A stretch of 63,373 bases of DNA, filler included, from Octopus bimaculoides (lineage: Eukaryota), in NCBI RefSeq assembly GCF_001194135.2. It is 9 parts of 7 records of this genome, joined end to end, with 100 filler letters (N's around TTAATTAATTAA, not from the genome) between each part and the next. Parts side by side here need not be neighbours in the genome. Positions count along the whole stretch, not along the records: positions 39,497 to 46,122 come from NW_026297408.1; positions 46,223 to 51,370 come from NC_068981.1; positions 51,471 to 59,771 come from NC_069010.1; 6 more parts are not named here. One strand, written 5' to 3'. The translations under genes were made by a program, and so were the position numbers. Each line of letters opens with the position of its first letter. The stretch's first letter is position 1. The notes under the pieces were generated by a model. The model searched no databases, had not been told where the DNA came from, and saw nothing but the letters and a program-made list of their open reading frames with translations. Of the stretch, positions 39,983-52,517 are shown piece after piece.

Positions 39983-40730
39983 CATTCCACTTTTTGCATC
40001 AACCTATTTTGCATTTTTCCCTTCTCAAGGATTTTCTTTTTCATTTCACTTTTTGCATCAACCTATTTCGCATTTTCCCTTCTCAAGGATTTTCTTTTTC
40101 ATTCCACTTTTTACATCAACCATCAACCTATTTCGCATTTTCCCTTCTCAAGGATTTTCTTTTTCATTCCACTTTTTACATCAACCTATTTCGCATTTTC
40201 CCTTCTCAAGGATTTTCTTTGTCATTCCACTTTTTACATCAACCTATTTCGCATTTTTCCTTCTCAAGGATTTTCTCTCTTCCCATTCCACTTTTTACAT
40301 CAACCTATTTCGCATTTTCCCTTCTCAAGGATTTTCTTTTTCATTCCACTTTTTACATCAACCTATTTCTCATTTTTCCCTTCTCAAGGATTTTCTTTTT
40401 CATTCCACTTTTTACATCAACCTATTTCGCATTTTTCCTTCTCAAGGATTTTCTTTTTCATTCCACTTTTTACATCAACCTATTTCGCATTTTTCCTTCT
40501 CAATGATTTTCTCTCTTCCCATTCCACTTTTTACATCAACCTTCTTCACATTTTTTTCCTTCTCATTTATTTTCTTTCAATTCATTCCATTTTCTACATT
40601 GACCTTCACATTTTTCCTTCTAAATTATTGTCTTTCTTTTCATTCCACATTTTACATCAACCTTCTTCACATTTTTTTTTTTTCCTTCTCACTTATTTCT
40701 TTTCTTCTCATTCCACATTTTGCATCAACC
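39983..40730. repeat. ~58-bp minisatellite, ~12 copies, diverging at the edges
   Basis: Unit attccactttttacatcaacctatttcgcattttcccttctcaaggattttctttttc. Periods of 58-61 read directly. Confidence 0.92.
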
Positions 40731-40794
40731 GTCTTCACGGGGCGGAGGGTTTCGTTTTGGTTATCTTCTCATTTTTTTCTCATGTTTTCTCATA

Positions 40795-40985
40795 GTCCAG
40801 CATCCTGGTCTTTAAATACATCTCGTCGTTCAGAAGGGCACCCAGCCATATAGAAACCATGCCAAAACAGACAATCAGAGCCTGATGCAACTTTCCAGCC
40901 ATGCCATCTCCTGTCAAAACCATCCACCATGTCAGCATGGAAAACAGACAGACATTAAATGGTAATGATGATGATCATCATCATG
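40795..40985 (+). mobile_element. SINE family A 3' part
   Basis: gaagggcacccagccatatagaaacc...gacattaaatggtaatgatgatgat. Confidence 0.6.
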
Positions 40986-41261
40986 TTATACACTGAGCCT
41001 GAAAGATTGCTTAGAGATACATGGCATGTTGTAGAAATCTGCTAATTTATTGTATCTTAAAGCATGAAACTCTTACTAGGTCTTTTGTAATTGTGTATAT
41101 CAAATGATATATGTAGACATATACGTGTCTACGCTCTGCAGCTGATGGAACGAGTTCAGGAAGGAACTCTTAAGTACTTTACTTGAACTAATTGAAGTGT
41201 TTCACAAAACCCACTCAAATTACATTCTGCTAATGTACTCCAAGGTACACTGTGTCTGATT

Positions 41262-41680
41262 AAAAGAAAGATAGGATGGTCACAGCTGCTGGAACATCTT
41301 TGATCATAAGTTTGCTGGATCAGGACTGACCTGTGGCTAAACAACGACAACAAGGAAGGACACATTAGATTATGTAGTCCTAGATAGACTATGCCTGAAT
41401 AAAAGACAGGATGGTCACAGCTGGAACATTTTTGATCATAGGTCTGCTGGATCAGGACTAACCTGGGGCTAAACGACAACAACAACAANNNNNNNNNNGT
41501 AGTCCTAGATAGACTATGCCTGAATAAAAGACAGGATGGTCACAGCTGGAACATTTTTGATCATAGGTCTGCTGGATCAGGACTAACCTGGGGCTAAACG
41601 ACAACAACAACAACAACAAGGAAGGGCACATTAGATAATGTAGTCCTAGATACACTATTCCTGAGTAAAAGATAGGATGG
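41262..41680 (+). repeat. Tandem ~130-bp units of a dispersed repeat (family E), partly an assembly duplication
   Basis: gtagtcctagatagactatgcctgaataaaagacaggatggtcacagctgg repeated. Related pieces at ~23570, ~29865 and ~44165. Confidence 0.6.
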
Positions 41681-42142
41681 TCTTTCCATGGTTAAAGGTG
41701 ATAAAATTTTGAACGGATATCTCTATAAAAGAATTAACCATGGGATCCCTTATTTTGTTTACATTTGTTCCTATTCCAGATTTTGGTCCTCAGATCAACA
41801 TTACCTGTCCTAATTAACCTCTGCTTTATTAATTTTACCCTACCATTACTCCCCACTTCATCATGCTATCTTCAACCAAGCCTTTGCACACACAAACCTT
41901 CTGTTTCAACGTTTGGCTTCTTTAATTAATGGTACTGCTGTTTCCTTGGGGGTCTTAATAATCCCTTTAATTAGCTTCTGTTTAATTAGCTTTGCAGGCC
42001 ACTCTAATTGCCTTTAAATCTCTCACTTTTTTTAGGCCTCTTTCCTCTCTGCTTCTCTGTCCATGCCTTTTGCTCTCTCTCTCTCTTTCTCCACCTCTCT
42101 CTTCTCCCCTTTCTCCTCTTTGTATGCCTTTCTCTCTCTCAA

Positions 42143-42173
<31 letters not shown>

Positions 42174-42321
42174 CTTGGGCTTCATTCAGCCAAGGCCATT
42201 TTTCCCTCTTCTTTCTCTGGCATCAGTCACAAAACAATTGTAGAATCACACAATCTTCAATAAAACTTCAATAAAATAAACAAAAAGACAAACCCACTCT
42301 CTTTCTCTCTCCTTCTTTCTT

Positions 42322-42361
<40 letters not shown>

Positions 42362-42547
42362 ACTTGGGCCTCACTCAATCAAGGTCGCCTTTTCCTTCTA
42401 TGGCGCCGATAAAAATCAAGTAACAACCGCATGCAACAGTGGAATCCTTCAGTTGTTTCTGCCCTACCCTCCAAAAATACAAACCTCTCTGACCATCCTC
42501 CAATGTTGGAAACAATTTCTACCATATTCTGTTTAGTAGTTATTATC

Positions 42548-42940
42548 CTTACTCTTTTACTTGTTTCCGTCATTTGACTGCGGCCATGCTGGGGCACCGC
42601 CTTTTAGTCGAGCAACTCGACCCCAGGACTTATTCTTTGTAAGCCTAGTACTTATTCTATCGGTCTCTTTTGCCGAACCGCCAAGTTACGGGGACGCAAA
42701 CACACCAGCATCGGTCGTCAAGCAAAGCTGGGGGGACAAACACATACACAAACACATACATATATATATACATATATACGACGGGCTTCTTTCAGTTTCC
42801 GTCTACCAAATCCACTCACAAGGCTTTGGTCGGCCCGAGGCTATAGTAGAAGACACTTGCCCAAGGTGCCACGCAGTGGGACTGAACCCGGAACCATGTG
42901 GTTGGTAAGCAAGCTACTTACCACATAGCCACTCCTGCGC
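42548..42940 (-). mobile_element. Near full-length SINE family B
   Basis: Reverse complement of the B consensus from head to tail. Confidence 0.85.
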
Positions 42941-43254
42941 CTTATTTAATTTTTGATTTTTAATTTTAGTGAAATGAAAAATATCATAGTATGGGGCAGG
43001 AGAAATTCTCCTTTAAGAAAAAAAAGGACATTGGGTACTTTTTTAGTTACAACATTGCTATTGTGCTACAGATATTACTGTAGCTCTTTCTTACATGGTT
43101 CGTACCCGGTAATAAAGGGCAGTTACCGTTGCTCCCTATTATGTAGTCTGTACCTGGTAATACAGGGCTGTTATAGCCCCCTCTTATTTCTTTAATGCCC
43201 ACAAGGGGCTAAACATAGAGGAAACACAAACAAGGACAGACAAATGGATTAAGT

Positions 43255-43639
43255 TAATTAGATCAACCCCCCAGTGCATAACTGGTACTTAATTTATCGA
43301 CGCCGAAAGGATGAAAGGCAAAGTCGACCTCGGTGGAATTTGAACTCAGAACGTAACGGCAGACGAANNNNNNNNNNGGCAAAGTCGACCTCGGTGGAAT
43401 TTGAACTCAGAACGTAACGGCAGACGAAATACCGCTAAGCATTTCGCCCGGCGCGCTAACGATTCTGCCAGCTCACAGCCTTATTAACAGCAGGGTTCGC
43501 CACCATCCCCTGCTGGAGCCTCGTGGAGCTTTAGGTGTTTTCGCTCCATAAACACTCACAACGCCCGGTCTGGGAATCGAAACCGCGATCCTAAGACCAC
43601 GAGTCCGCTGCCCTAACCACTGGGTCATTGCGGCTCCAC
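43255..43639 (-). mobile_element. Adjacent SINE C and SINE D copies
   Basis: C at ~43255-43482 and D head region at ~43485-43639. Confidence 0.75.
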
Positions 43640-43850
43640 TTACATAGTCTGTACCTAATAATACAGGGCTGTCACAGTGCCCTCTTACATAGTCTGTACC
43701 CCGTAATACAGGGCTGTCATAGCCCCTATTACATAATCTGTACCTAGTAATACAGGGTTGTCACAGTGCCCGCTTACATAGTCTGTACCCCATAATACAG
43801 GGCTGTCATAGCCCCTATTACATAGTCTGTACCCCATAATACAGGGCTGG
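43640..43850. repeat. Minisatellite of alternating 45/44-bp units
   Basis: ttacatagtctgtacc..taatacagggctgtca starts at 43640, 43685, 43729, 43774 and 43818. Confidence 0.88.
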
Positions 43851-44098
43851 AAGACCCATACCAGGCCCCCGTTACTGGATGCAGTTTAAAGTCATATTCG
43901 AGACATATTGTGGGTCCGTGAGTGACCTTCTTTCAGAAGCAATTCCAAGAGATGCTAATTAATCCATAGCCAGGGTTAATGTGATTGTTATATTGAAAAT
44001 GACATTGTAGGGTTGGTGTGAGTGGCCAGATCTGGCCAGTTTGAACATAGAAGCAGGTAGAATATTTAGTTTGGACATGGTCAGTTTAAATGCTAAAA

Positions 44099-44139
<41 letters not shown>

Positions 44140-45176
44140 TCTGTATATGAAGCAAGGAGGGAGACCTCTACATTGTGGCTGGTTCTGCTAGAAATAGCAG
44201 CCAAATCTCCCTCAACCCACACCTTACTCTCTTATGTATGTATAACCCTTTAGCATTCTGATTACTCTATCAAATTTAATGCTTATTTATCCACATAGTT
44301 TTTTTAATTAATCATGCATTATCTCATAGCTTTAAGATTTCAATGATGTCACAGCATATTTTTAGAATGACATTGTAGGGTAGGTGAGAAAAGTTGGATC
44401 TACCCACCATACTTAGCCCAGTAAAGCAAGACCGTTATCATTACTCCGTCTTACTCTCTTCCGGGTACCACAGAAGCCTTCTATCATAGATTTTGTATCT
44501 TAGCTAATCATCAATGTGTTCGATATTATGGAATTTTTCCTCCCAAATTACAGATGCTACCTGTCTTACGGTTTCTTGTTTTTTGCTGTTGTAATATTGT
44601 GAATTAAATAAGGTTAGTCTGTAGAATCGGTTGGCCAGTGTCGGTCAGCTTCAGCATGATTTGCTCAAGAAATATTAACAGGAGTGCAGTGTGTGTTTGT
44701 GTATTGCCGTGATGTGGTGGTCCGTATTCTGTGTTTGTATATTGTGCATGTGTGTACAGTACATTTATCTCTGGCATTATTATTACCTTTGTATCAAAGA
44801 TGGAAAGCTGGCAGAATTATTTGCACATTTCGGTCACTTGTCACTGCCTCTGTGAGGCCCAACATTCAAACGGTACTTTTTATGTGCCACTGGCATGGGT
44901 GCCACTGGCATGGGTGCCACTGGCATGGGTGCCACTGGCATGGGTGCCACTAATGAAACTCCAGCATCGGCCACGACTATGATCTAACTTGGCTTGACAG
45001 GTCTTCTCAAGCACGGTATACTGCCAGAGGTCTTAGTTACTTATCACTGCCTCTGTGAGGCCCAACGTTCAAACGGTGCTTTGTACATGCCAGTTACGCA
45101 ACACTGGCAATGGCCACATTGTGGCTGCGGGTAATATGTGTTTGACACATCAGAGATAAAGTATTGTACATGTATA

Positions 45177-45585
45177 CATCATCATCATCATCATCGTTTA
45201 ACGTCCGCTTTCCATGCTAGCATGGGTTGGACGATTTGACTGAGGACTGGTAAAACCGGATGGCAACACCAGGCTCCAATCTGATTTGGCAGAGTTTTTA
45301 CGGCTGGATGCCCTTCCTAACACCAACCACTCAGAGAGTGTAGTGGGTGCTTTTACGTGCCACCCGCACGAAGGCCAGTCAGGCGGTACTGGCAACGGCC
45401 ATGCTCAAAATGGTGTATTTTATGTGCCACCCGCACAAGAGCCAGTCCAGGGGCACTGGCAACGATCTCGCTCGAAAATCCTACGAAGGCCAGTCAGGTG
45501 GTACTGGCAACGGCCACGCTCAAAATGGTGTATTTTATGTGCCACCTGCACAAGAGCCAGTCCAGGAGCACTGGCAACGATCTCC
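45177..45585 (-). mobile_element. SINE family A with internal ~112-bp tandem duplication
   Basis: acgaaggccagtcagg...ggcaacgatctc occurs twice. Confidence 0.8.
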
Positions 45586-45823
45586 TCAGGTTGATATAAA
45601 CAGGACGGGGTTGGTGTTGTTGGTGTGGTTTGTGATGTAAACAGATACTAACACTTTGATTGTGATGATTCATCAGTGAAGTGTAACCCCCTCAAATATA
45701 TGTGTGTGTGGTATGGTGGTGTACATGTTGTGTGTCCCTTAATATATAAAATGCTTTATGTGTGTGTATAACATGCTTTGTGCTTATCTACCTGTCTCCC
45801 CCACTCCCTCTTTCTTTCTTTCC

Positions 45824-45905
<82 letters not shown>

Positions 45906-46069
45906 GTATTAATGAGATACCAACTTTTAAAAGTGTGAAAATCAGACTAAGTTGGAATTTCAGTGATTCATATAGTCTTCTATAGACAATCTCAGATATA
46001 TACTATATTCTATAGACATATAGACATATATTCTATAGACATATAGACATATATTCTATAGACAAACTC

Positions 46070-46122
<53 letters not shown>

Positions 46123-46222
46123 NNNNNNNNNNNNNNNNNNNNNNNNNNNNNNNNNNNNNNNNNNNNTTAATTAATTAANNNNNNNNNNNNNNNNNNNNNN
46201 NNNNNNNNNNNNNNNNNNNNNN

Positions 46223-46254
<32 letters not shown>

Positions 46255-46269
46255 GTGTGTGTGTGTGTG

Positions 46270-47198
46270 TGTATATACTTTATTAAAATGCAGCACACAT
46301 ATCACAAAAATTGTTACTCAGTGTTTCACGTTCTCCTTCGTTGGACAGTTTTGTTTAGAATAGAGCAAATTATATAAAGAAATACAAAAACTTTGATACG
46401 TACACATTTGAAAATGGCTTTCTTTCATTGGTCTTTTCAACTAACAGTCTTTTCAATAACCGGTTGTATGAAATAACAAATTGCGGTTTAAAATCATATT
46501 ATAAAATCGAAGAAAACCTTCAATCAAAATTAGCTTAGTAAAAAGGAAGAAGGGCTGAAAATTAACGGTAAATAATTTCCTTTAACAATAATAATAAATT
46601 AATGAATTAAAAGATATATCCGTTTAAAAACATTTCTACGCTCGATTACATATACATTTAGTAGTATATACAAATACCAAACAGTCTATATTACGCGTTT
46701 ATAAACTAAACATGCAGATATAGGTACATGGTTACATACGTATACAGACATATGTAGGCGAAACATAAATATATGCAAATGCATATATATATATATATAT
46801 GCACACACGCATACGCACGAGCACAAAATCTCCTGGTGTATGCTTATACAAGTTAGTTGTTTACAGGCGAGAGAAAGAAAAGGAAAAAATCAGAGAATAA
46901 CAAGTGGGTGAAAAAGAAAAAAAGAGGAAAGGATGAAAACGAAATAAAAGAAAAGAAACAGAAAATGAGAGTGAGAAAGGGAAAAATAGATAGGAGTAGA
47001 GATCGTGAAATTATGGTGTTCTAATTAGTATCTCACGAAAGTTGGATACTTACTTTCGGCTTGCGAAACGTAGACATATAAAAGCGCACACATCAAATTA
47101 CATGTATATCTACATAAATACAAACATACATATGAATACACACATATAGACACGCTTACAAATATACAAATAAATATGTACGCAAATACATACCCACT

Positions 47199-47244
<46 letters not shown>

Positions 47245-47340
47245 CCTATAATATATAGATACACATAAATATATAGACACCTATCTTTACATCAAGGTAA
47301 ATATATACATCATAACGTATATATGTAAACATTTAAAATA
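46270..47340 (-). repeat. ~1-kb repeat, left arm of an inverted pair (candidate Penelope pseudo-LTR/3' UTR)
   Basis: Its reverse complement aligns continuously by eye with 50170-51115. Confidence 0.8.
46307..46352 (-). ncRNA. Decayed type I hammerhead ribozyme motif
   Basis: Minus strand reads aaaactgt-ccaacga-aggagaacgt-gaaac-actga-gta-acaatttt. The core deviates from CUGANGA at two conserved positions. Confidence 0.5.
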
Positions 47341-47581
47341 ACTGTCTGTTATATATAATATTCAAATGTTAAAATAAGAAAATTGCACCATAAATTAGCA
47401 TAGCATAATTAAATTTGTGAGTGAAAAATGAAAATAAACCTCGCCTTTAATTTGCAAAATAGTCGAAGGCTTTCTTAAAAGTGAAGTCGAATTATGCAAT
47501 AGCATTGTAATACAAAGTAACTATAAGGTGTAAAGTCAAATTCAAACGCGTCAGTCAAAATTTTCCGAAAGTCAAAACATT

Positions 47582-49381
47582 TTACTCATACGATATTTTA
47601 TCAGTTGAAATTTTAAACCTCGCGGCGTGCTTGCAAGAATTCAAAATCTCGCGTTTCTGGTTCAAAGCATGTTTATCCTGGAACAGGATGAAGAACTTTT
47701 CTGAGAGGCAAAGATTACATTTTATGGGTCTTTTATAAGCTACATGTCTGTTTGATGATGCTTTTTCTAGAATTTCCGAGGTTACAGTGAAAGGACAGAT
47801 GCCATTCTCTCTGAGTTCCCAGACATGCTTCGTAAGACTAGTTGCTGTCCTATTCTTGGGGTATAAGAAAGAATTTCGGTGGGAATAAAATCGAGTCTTT
47901 AATGAATTTTCCGTAGCTCCTGTGTATGATTTATATTCTTGTGAGCCATCTACATGTACTCTAACTCTGTAAATAATTCCTTTTTCAAGACATTTACCTT
48001 CCAACTGACAACAAGTTTTATCTTTGAAGTTACAGTTTCTCAGATTAGATTCGGCACTGTGGTTGTTTGTAAAAACGATTTTCATGTTATGCTGATTAAT
48101 AAAAGAGGTGAAGTTTTTGCAACAAGAATAGCTAATTTTCCGTGTTCCCATATAAAAAAAATTCTATAGAACTTATGGCTAGATTGAAAATGTTTAGAAA
48201 CTAAGTTTAAGAATTTTCTTCCTATATTAATTTTTACGGTAATATTAATTGTGGGGTTAAATCACGGAACTTTGCTAGTTCTAGTTGTACGTGGTCTATT
48301 ATTGTTAGAATTAGCTTGACTATATTGGATCTTCGAGAATCCATTTTTCATACATGCATTATTGTAATACGGCGTGGCATTTTCAAATGCTGTCTCATCT
48401 GAAGAAATTGAAATTAATGATATTCGCCTTCCTATATAACTAACTAGGTTCTTAAAAATTACGGGTGGATGATTAGATTCTTTGCTAATAGAACATAACT
48501 TTCCATTGGGCTTAGAATAGGATTTAAATTTATCTAATTGTAAATCTAAGTTGATCTCTAAAAAATCTACGTTATTAAGGTTACCTTCTATCGTAACCCG
48601 TAAGGCCATTCTTTGGAAGAAATAATCACATTCTTCCTAAATGTATCTAAATCATGGCCGTTTAAATTATGGCTGACCATAAGACCGTCATCCTTGTATA
48701 ATCTTGCATCTATAAAAAGGAATTCCAGATGTAGATTATGCAAACTATAAGTTCCTATAAGCATACATAAATCTGCCCCATCAATGTTCCCCATCGGTAC
48801 ATTTTTGCCCTAGGTGGAATCATCGTAAAAATGAAGGGATTTCTTTGCATGCAGGATAATATCTATTTCCGAGCTATCGATAGAGACATACTGCTAGGCT
48901 AAGTCTAATGCTATTAGAAGCAAAGGCGTAGATATTGACGGGTAAAAATCGACAATATCAAACAGCTTAAATTTACAGTTATACTTATGACTAACCCCTT
49001 TGAACCAATCTATCACTGAAGTGCTATTTTTCCAAATCTGTAAATTCAATTCAGTATTTAACTTGCTTAGAATACGATCTAAAATATATTTGCAAATAAT
49101 GCCTATTTTAGTTATAGCTAGGTTAATAAGTCTGCATTTAGGGTTTCTACTGAACTTAGATTTGTGAGCTTTTAGGGTAATAAAGAGTTGGCGTAGGGGG
49201 AGGTATTCTATCCTATCACTAACTTTAAGGTTGTTAGCAATTCTTCTTACGTCCAAATTTACCTCTTTATATAAATTTGTGCTATCTATTTTGTAGGTGT
49301 CCGTGACGCTGTTCGAAAGATGTTTATAAGCATCTTTGTCAACCGCGTATAAGTGTTTGTCTTCTCGAAGTTTACGAAAAA
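47582..49381 (-). mobile_element. Degenerate Penelope-like retroelement (RT + C-terminal GIY-YIG endonuclease)
   Basis: Frameshifted pieces: FITLKAHK...CRLINL...LFDIVDFYPSIS; MG..DGADLC...LYKDDGL; VDFLEINLDL...YSKPN; GIIYRV...YTGATENSLKTRFYSHRNSF...CNLCLSEK. Confidence 0.9.
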
Positions 49382-50165
49382 NNNNNNNNNNNNNNNNNNN
49401 NNNNNNNNNNNNNNNNNNNNNNNNNNNNNNNNNNNNNNNNNNNNNNNNNNNNNNNNNNNNNNNNNNNNNNNNNNNNNNNNNNNNNNNNNNNNNNNNNNNN
49501 NNNNNNNNNNNNNNNNNNNNNNNNNNNNNNNNNNNNNNNNNNNNNNNNNNNNNNNNNNNNNNNNNNNNNNNNNNNNNNNNNNNNNNNNNNNNNNNNNNNN
49601 NNNNNNNNNNNNNNNNNNNNNNNNNNNNNNNNNNNNNNNNNNNNNNNNNNNNNNNNNNNNNNNNNNNNNNNNNNNNNNNNNNNNNNNNNNNNNNNNNNNN
49701 NNNNNNNNNNNNNNNNNNNNNNNNNNNNNNNNNNNNNNNNNNNNNNNNNNNNNNNNNNNNNNNNNNNNNNNNNNNNNNNNNNNNNNNNNNNNNNNNNNNN
49801 NNNNNNNNNNNNNNNNNNNNNNNNNNNNNNNNNNNNNNNNNNNNNNNNNNNNNNNNNNNNNNNNNNNNNNNNNNNNNNNNNNNNNNNNNNNNNNNNNNNN
49901 NNNNNNNNNNNNNNNNNNNNNNNNNNNNNNNNNNNNNNNNNNNNNNNNNNNNNNNNNNNNNNNNNNNNNNNNNNNNNNNNNNNNNNNNNNNNNNNNNNNN
50001 NNNNNNNNNNNNNNNNNNNNNNNNNNNNNNNNNNNNNNNNNNNNNNNNNNNNNNNNNNNNNNNNNNNNNNNNNNNNNNNNNNNNNNNNNNNNNNNNNNNN
50101 NNNNNNNNNNNNNNNNNNNNNNNNNNNNNNNNNNNNNNNNNNNNNNNNNNNNNNNNNNNNNNNNN

Positions 50166-50169
<4 letters not shown>

Positions 50170-50197
<28 letters not shown>

Positions 50198-51115
50198 CAT
50201 GTTTAAATGTGTATGTGTAAGTGTATATATATCTATATGTGGGCATGTATTTGCGTACATATTTAGTTGTATATATGTGTGTGTATTCGAATGTATGCTT
50301 GTATTTATGTAGATATACATGTAATTTGATGTTTGAGTTTTTATATGTCTACGTTTTGCAAACTCAACGAAGTATCAAACTTTCGTTACATACTTATTGG
50401 AACGCTATCATTTCACACTCTACCTCTGGCTATTTTCCCCTTCTCTCTCTAATTTTCTGTTTCTTTTTCTGTTATTTCTTTTCTTTTTCACCCATTTTAC
50501 CTTTCGCCCCCGCCACACGTTATTCTCTGATATTTTAACTATCTTTTCTTTTGCCTGCAACAACTAACTTGTGTAAGAATACACCAGGAAATGTTGTCTC
50601 CGTGCGTATGTGTGCGTGCATAGATGAACACGTATTTATATATATTTATGATTTGCCTATATGTGTCTGTACATGTGTGTAGCCATGTACCTACGTCTGT
50701 ATGTTTAGTGTATATACGTATATTATAGACTGTTTGGTATGTGTATATATTTTAAAATGTATAAGTAATGTAGCGTGAATAAAATTTTAAACCGATATAT
50801 CTTTTAATTTATTAATTTATTATTATTTTTGCAGCTAATTATTTACCCTGGTTCAGACATTTTCCCTTCTTTCTAACCTTTTTTGATTGACGGTTTTCTT
50901 CAATTTTAATAGTAATATGATTTTAAACCACATTTTTTTATTTCATGCATTGAAAGGACTAATGAAACAATACCATTTTCAAATATGTATCTATGAAAGT
51001 AATTTTAGTTCTCCATACAATATCTTATTGTATTCTAAATAAAACTGTCGGATGAACGGGAACGTGAAACTCTGCGTAACAGTTTTTGTGATATTTTTGC
51101 TGCTTTTTAATAAAG
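50170..51115 (+). repeat. ~1-kb repeat, right arm of the inverted pair
   Basis: Homologous to 46270-47340 in inverted orientation. Ends in a hammerhead motif followed by AATAAA (51109-51114). Confidence 0.8.
51041..51086 (+). ncRNA. Type I minimal hammerhead ribozyme (near-canonical)
   Basis: Stem I aaaactgt/acagtttt (8 bp), core cggatga, stem II acg-ggaa-cgt, GAAAC, loop tctgc, GTA cleavage triplet. Confidence 0.72.
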
Positions 51116-51201
51116 CCTATTACTCTAGCTCTAGTATTCGAGTACTATTTATCCACCTTGTTTCGATTTATGTGCTTCGACTTTAAAAAATATCCCTCCG
51201 G

Positions 51202-51370
51202 GCCAATCTCACCCGGGCCGAATCGGTCGCCCTCCGCAATCTCCGCCGACGCGACGACATTGTCATCAAGCCGGCGGACAAAGGTGGAGCAGTGGTTGTG
51301 TGGCGCGTGGACCTTTACAGAGAGGAAGCGCTCAGCCAGCTTCACAATCCCCTCTTCTACCGCCTTCTCC
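51202..51370 (+). mobile_element. Second Penelope-like element fragment (N-terminal RT extension)
   Basis: NLTRAESVALRNLRRRDDIVIKPADKGGAVVVWRVDLYREEALSQL carries the hallmark ADKG motif. Not in the ORF track in this frame. Confidence 0.85.
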
Positions 51371-51560
51371 NNNNNNNNNNNNNNNNNNNNNNNNNNNNNN
51401 NNNNNNNNNNNNNNTTAATTAATTAANNNNNNNNNNNNNNNNNNNNNNNNNNNNNNNNNNNNNNNNNNNNGAGTCACTCTGTTGCTTCTGCTAAAGATTA
51501 ATAAAAATATACTTTTACTCATGTTTTGAGTTCTATTTTTCCTGTGTGCATAACCATAAC

Positions 51561-51592
<32 letters not shown>

Positions 51593-51599
51593 GTGTGTG

Positions 51600-51965
51600 T
51601 TTACTCTTTTATTTGTTTCTGTCATTTGACTGCGGCCATGCTGGAGCACCACCTTTTAGTCAAACAAATCAACCCCAGAACTTATTTTTTGTAAGCCTTA
51701 GTACTTATTCTATCGGTTCTCTTTTGCCGAGCTGCTAAGTTACGGGAACGCAGATAAACCAACATCGGTTGTCAAGCGATGGTGGTGGGGGGACAAACAC
51801 AGACACACAAACGTATACATATATATATATATATTAGATTGGAGCCTGGTGTAGCCATCCGGTTGCACCAGTCCTCAGTCAAATCGTCCAACCCATGCTA
51901 GCATGGAAAGCGGACGTTAAACGATGATGGTGATGATGGTGATGATGATGATGATGATGATGATA
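51600..51965. mobile_element. SINE B 3' part (minus) and SINE A 3' part (plus)
   Basis: Matches to the B and A consensuses. Confidence 0.7.
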
Positions 51966-52517
51966 CACGACAGGCTTCGTGTATGAATCTTTATACTCTC
52001 ATATAAAAAAATATATACAGCCATATTCTTATATATATATATATGCACACACAAACATACAGATGTATATATATATGCACACATGTATATATATATATGT
52101 GTGTGTGTCAATAAATAATGATGTAAATGATGAGAACCAGCCCATAGCCTGTCACATGATCTCATTTTATATTCATGTTTGAAATACAGTGGGAAATATT
52201 GAAATCTGGAAAGAGAAATATAAATCGTTAGTGCAATAAAAAATAAAATGAATCAATGATTGAATCCCGGTTAATGAATTAATTAGTGACTGTTGATCTT
52301 TTGTATGAACATTTTTAATTTGTTAAATAAAAATTTGTAATTGAAATACATTTTTCTTTGTTTATTTTTTTATTTCTTTGTTGTTGTTTTTTACTTGTTG
52401 CAATCATTGAACTGCGGCCATACTGGAGCACCATCTTGAAGGATATTAATCAAACAAATCTACCCCAAATCTTATTTTTAAGTCTAGGGTGGGTTTGTTC
52501 TGGTATTTATTCTAGTG

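Noticed and set aside
39752-40853. 347- and 359-aa hydrophobic ORFs
   Set aside because: Produced by the 58-bp pyrimidine-rich minisatellite, which lacks stops on that strand.
41398-41610. Exact duplication across a 9-N gap
   Set aside because: Probably an unmerged contig overlap.
43318-43428. Exact 50-bp duplication across a 10-N gap
   Set aside because: Same assembly artefact.
43640-43850. CRISPR-like periodicity (also 39983-40730)
   Set aside because: No unique spacers, no cas genes, eukaryotic context.
44684-44982. CHWHG / WVPLA peptide repeats
   Set aside because: Translation of a 15-bp tandem inside a dispersed repeat.
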